Source: Armatimonadota bacterium (GTDB lineage: Bacteria; Sysuimicrobiota; Sysuimicrobiia; Sysuimicrobiales; Kaftiobacteriaceae). From it: a DNA stretch of 53,681 bases. The notes beneath the pieces were generated by a model. That model was not told the origin of the DNA and ran no database searches. It saw only the letters and a list, made by a program, of their open reading frames with translations. Shown here piece by piece: positions 51,060-53,681 of this stretch. The DNA lies in the NCBI GenBank assembly GCA_020028535.1, contig JAIBHM010000001.1:1-53681 (forward strand), in the 5' to 3' direction. The first letter of the stretch is position 1. The number at the start of each line of letters is the position of its first letter. The translations under genes and the position numbers were made by a program.

Positions 51060-51644
51060 ATGAAAGCCAGGTTTTTCAGATCACCATCCGACTTGCGGGC
51101 GTGGTTTGATGCGCACCACGGGACCGCCAAAGAGCTCTGGGTGGGATTCCGCAAGAAGAGTTCAGGGAAGCCCAGCATCACCTGGCCGGAGGCCGTGGAT
51201 AAAGCCCTGTCCGTGGGATGGATCGATGGCGTGCGCAAACGGATTGACGACGTCAGCTACACGATCCGGTTTACGCCGCGAAAATCGGGAAGTATCTGGA
51301 GCAATGTCAACGTCAAACGCGCGAAGGCACTCGCCAGGCTCGGGCGGATGCGGCCCGCGGGTATCAAAGCATATCAGGCAAGGAGCGAAAAGAAGTCAGG
51401 TGTGTATTCGTATGAACAGAAGCGTCAGGGGCTTAACCCCGCATACCTGAAGGGATTGAAGGCGAGCGGGGATGCGTGGCGGTTCTTCAACAGGCAGCCT
51501 CCCTGGTATCGGCGAGCCGCCGGCCATTGGGTATTGAGCGCGAAGAAAGAAGAGACCAGGCTCCGGCGCCTCGAGACGCTGATCAGCGATTCGCAGCGTG
51601 GGCGAACGGTTGCGCCGTTGACACGCCCCACCGGGGGACGATGA
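51060..51644 (+). CDS. YdeI/OmpD-associated family protein
   Basis: MKARFFRSPSDLRAWFDAHHGTAKELWVGFRKKSSGKPSITWPEAVDKALSVGWIDGVRKRIDD...SIWSNVN...W...EETRLRRLETLI. Confidence 0.8.
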   Translation: MKARFFRSPSDLRAWFDAHHGTAKELWVGFRKKSSGKPSITWPEAVDKALSVGWIDGVRKRIDDVSYTIRFTPRKSGSIWSNVNVKRAKALARLGRMRPAGIKAYQARSEKKSGVYSYEQKRQGLNPAYLKGLKASGDAWRFFNRQPPWYRRAAGHWVLSAKKEETRLRRLETLISDSQRGRTVAPLTRPTGGR

Positions 51645-52151
51645 TTACTTGAACTGCCACCGCGTTGCGGTGCCGGCCCATGCCTCGGCCGTCGAAACAA
51701 AACCGAACACCGTACGAGGGCGGACCGCATGGACAGGGAATTGCTCAGTATCGATCTCCTCTTCATATTTCTTCCGGTATGCCTGAGCAAAGCGTTTGAT
51801 CGCGGCGGCGTCGCTTACGGCCTGTGCCACGCCCTCCAGGATGACGGCTTCGTCGGCCCGCTCGGTGCACACCACACAATGCGGGTTGGTCCTAAGGTTA
51901 CGCGCCTTCCGTGAGTTCCGGGACGTGCCGAAGTAAAAGGCGTCTTCCAGCCAGACCCCCCAGACGATCATCACGTGCGGACTTCCGTCCGGCCGCGTGG
52001 TCGCAATCCAGTGGCCTCGCGATTTGGCGAGGCGGTGCGCCGCCCAACTCCAGGGAAGCAGGCCTTTGCCCTTTCGTGGACTGAGGATGCCGTATTCCGC
52101 CGGCATCCGGGGGCGCGTCGCTTGGCCTGCTGCCTGCCGGCGCTTTGCCAT
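51645..52151 (-). CDS. pyridoxamine 5'-phosphate oxidase family protein
   Basis: HWIATTRPDGSPHVMIVWGVWLEDAFYFGTSRNSRKARNLRTNPHCVV is the split-barrel FMN-binding signature. Confidence 0.8.
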   Translation of the reverse strand: MAKRRQAAGQATRPRMPAEYGILSPRKGKGLLPWSWAAHRLAKSRGHWIATTRPDGSPHVMIVWGVWLEDAFYFGTSRNSRKARNLRTNPHCVVCTERADEAVILEGVAQAVSDAAAIKRFAQAYRKKYEEEIDTEQFPVHAVRPRTVFGFVSTAEAWAGTATRWQFK

Positions 52152-52250
52152 GGTGTGCGTCCTCCCTCACCATTGCTCCCGAGGTGGTCTGTGAACAGTT
52201 CTCGAAATGCAGCAGGGAGTCCCGGACGAACGCGAAGCGGGGGTGGCGAG

Positions 52251-52733
52251 ATGCGGTGGGAAGAGTTTGTCTCGGCATGCCCCGAGCTGGGGAGCCTTGG
52301 GCAAGAGCGATTCACGCGAGACCAGCTGGTGTTCATGGGTACATTGCGCAAAGACGGCTGGCCGCGCATCAGCCCGTGCGAGGTGGATCTCGCCGCCGGG
52401 CACCTGTTCCTGAGCATGATGTGGCGCTCGGTCAAGGCGCTCGACCTGCTCCGGGACTCCCGCGTCGTCGTTCACTCGGTGACCTGTGACCGCGACGGAC
52501 GCGATGGCGATCTCAAACTCTACGGCCACGCGGTCGATATCCGCGACGCATCACTTCGACAGACCTTCCGTGAGGCGATGAAGGCCCGCATCGACTGGGC
52601 GCCTGATGAGCCGTCGTATCATCTCTTTTCGATCGACATCGACCGAGCCGCGTTCGTCAAGTTCGGCAACGGGCAGCAGATCATGGTTTGGGATCCCGCC
52701 CGCGGCCTTCGCACGCGACGCAAGCAACTCTGA
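52251..52733 (+). CDS. pyridoxamine 5'-phosphate oxidase-like (split-barrel) family protein
   Basis: The ATG at 52251 gives MRWEEFVSACPELG...VFMGTLRKDGWPRISPCEV...SVKALDLLRDSRVVVH. It is divergent from the other PNPOx-like gene. Confidence 0.75.
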   Translation: MRWEEFVSACPELGSLGQERFTRDQLVFMGTLRKDGWPRISPCEVDLAAGHLFLSMMWRSVKALDLLRDSRVVVHSVTCDRDGRDGDLKLYGHAVDIRDASLRQTFREAMKARIDWAPDEPSYHLFSIDIDRAAFVKFGNGQQIMVWDPARGLRTRRKQL

Positions 52734-52780
52734 GAACGCAGCGCCCGCCGTCCAAACACAGCGAAAGGTGAGGGGGTATC

Positions 52781-53551
52781 ATGCCGACAGCTAAGGAGCT
52801 CTTGCTCGAGCATCTCGAGTACACGTTTGAGAAGGAAGGATGGCAGCCGCCGTTGGGAATGGCTGTGGCCGGGCTCGCCGCCGAACAGGCTGCATGGAAG
52901 CCTGCTCCCGGCCGGCACTCCATCTGGCAGATCGTGCGGCACGTCCTGCATTGGAAACGCGGCGTGTTGTCCGCGTGGGTCGGAGACCCACGCGATTATC
53001 AGTGGATGAACGATAGTGACTGGCCTGAGGTCAGTGGCGATCAGGGAGCATGGGAACGGGACGTCAAGGAGCTTCACGATATGTCCAATGAGTTTCGGCA
53101 GCGGTTGGAAGAGATCAGTGATGAAGATCTCGATCAGGCGCGACCGTGGTACCGTGACGTGCCCCCGCGTGCGCTCGCCCAGCGATTGCTGCACATGTTC
53201 ACGCACGATGTCTATCACGCCGGGCAGGTCCAGTACCTGCGCGCGCTCCAGCAGGTGCCCGCGGATCGTTTCTTCAATGCAGCTGGCTGGAGGGGAGACG
53301 TGGCAGTGTTGCGCCAGGTGCTGGATGCGCATCCGGATCTCTTGAACGCCTTCGACCGCAGTGGGTGGACCGCTCTCCAACTGGCGGCATACACCGGGCA
53401 CGTGGAGGCGGTCCGCTTCCTGCTCGACCGCGGCGCGGATGTGCACGCGGTCTCCCGCAACGAGATTGCGGCGACTGCGCTCAAGAGCGCTGAAGTGGCC
53501 GGTCATGCGGCAATCGCGGAGGTCCTGCGCGCGAATGGCGCCTCACGGTAA
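52781..53551 (+). CDS. DinB-family domain fused to C-terminal ankyrin repeats
   Basis: The N-terminus has a DinB_2-like four-helix pattern (HSIWQIVRHVLHW...LLHMFTHDVYHAGQVQYL). The C-terminus has ankyrin-repeat motifs (GWTALQLAAYTGHVEAVRFLLDRGADVHA...). Confidence 0.8.
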   Translation: MPTAKELLLEHLEYTFEKEGWQPPLGMAVAGLAAEQAAWKPAPGRHSIWQIVRHVLHWKRGVLSAWVGDPRDYQWMNDSDWPEVSGDQGAWERDVKELHDMSNEFRQRLEEISDEDLDQARPWYRDVPPRALAQRLLHMFTHDVYHAGQVQYLRALQQVPADRFFNAAGWRGDVAVLRQVLDAHPDLLNAFDRSGWTALQLAAYTGHVEAVRFLLDRGADVHAVSRNEIAATALKSAEVAGHAAIAEVLRANGASR

Positions 53552-53681
53552 TGAGCGAAGGCCAGACCGGATATCCACACCCCGTTCTCGAACATTCGTC
53601 TTCTCATCAGCCCGCGTCGGACAGGCCAGTTTGGTCAGATTAGCCTTCATGGGAAGGAGCAGAAGTGAGAATTGAGGAAAG

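Overview
This is a high-GC bacterial chromosomal segment (roughly two-thirds G+C by eye). Most genes are on the + strand, tightly packed, and many stop/start codons overlap. Gene order is Bacillota-like. In order: (1) an arginine block, carA(5' partial)-carB-argC-argJ-argB-argD-argG-argH-argR, with an ARG-box/promoter island between carB and argC and no argF; (2) pgpH-ybeY-dgkA; (3) an AapJQMP-type amino-acid ABC transporter; (4) CorC/TlyC-like, DUF502, cdd, era; (5) a soluble PRC-barrel/MgtE_N/CBS protein translationally coupled to an NRAMP-related transporter whose metal-site motifs are non-canonical; (6) recO; (7) two small divergent membrane-protein genes; (8) T-box leader-glyQ-glyS; (9) ppdK-dgt; (10) hpf, a coupled hypothetical, secA, lnt (with an extra CPBP-like C-terminal membrane domain) and prfB (classic programmed +1 frameshift); (11) DUF2993-DUF5693-csaB; (12) spoVS-prs-gltX, with gltX split by a 1-nt frame change. 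The last ~6.5 kb is accessory or decaying. It holds two tiny membrane ORFs, a DUF72 remnant and tRNA-Gln(CTG). These are followed by a ~2.2 kb lower-GC islet: a serine-recombinase fragment, a VOC gene, a DHFR-family fragment and a CPBP protease, ending in a 13-bp copy of the tRNA 3' end. After that come NTF2-like, YdeI-like, two PNPOx-like and a DinB-ankyrin fusion gene. I saw no rRNA, CRISPR array or intact mobile element. The many long antisense ORFs in the track are high-GC artefacts. All family assignments come from reading the translated ORFs and recognising motifs, not from database searches.
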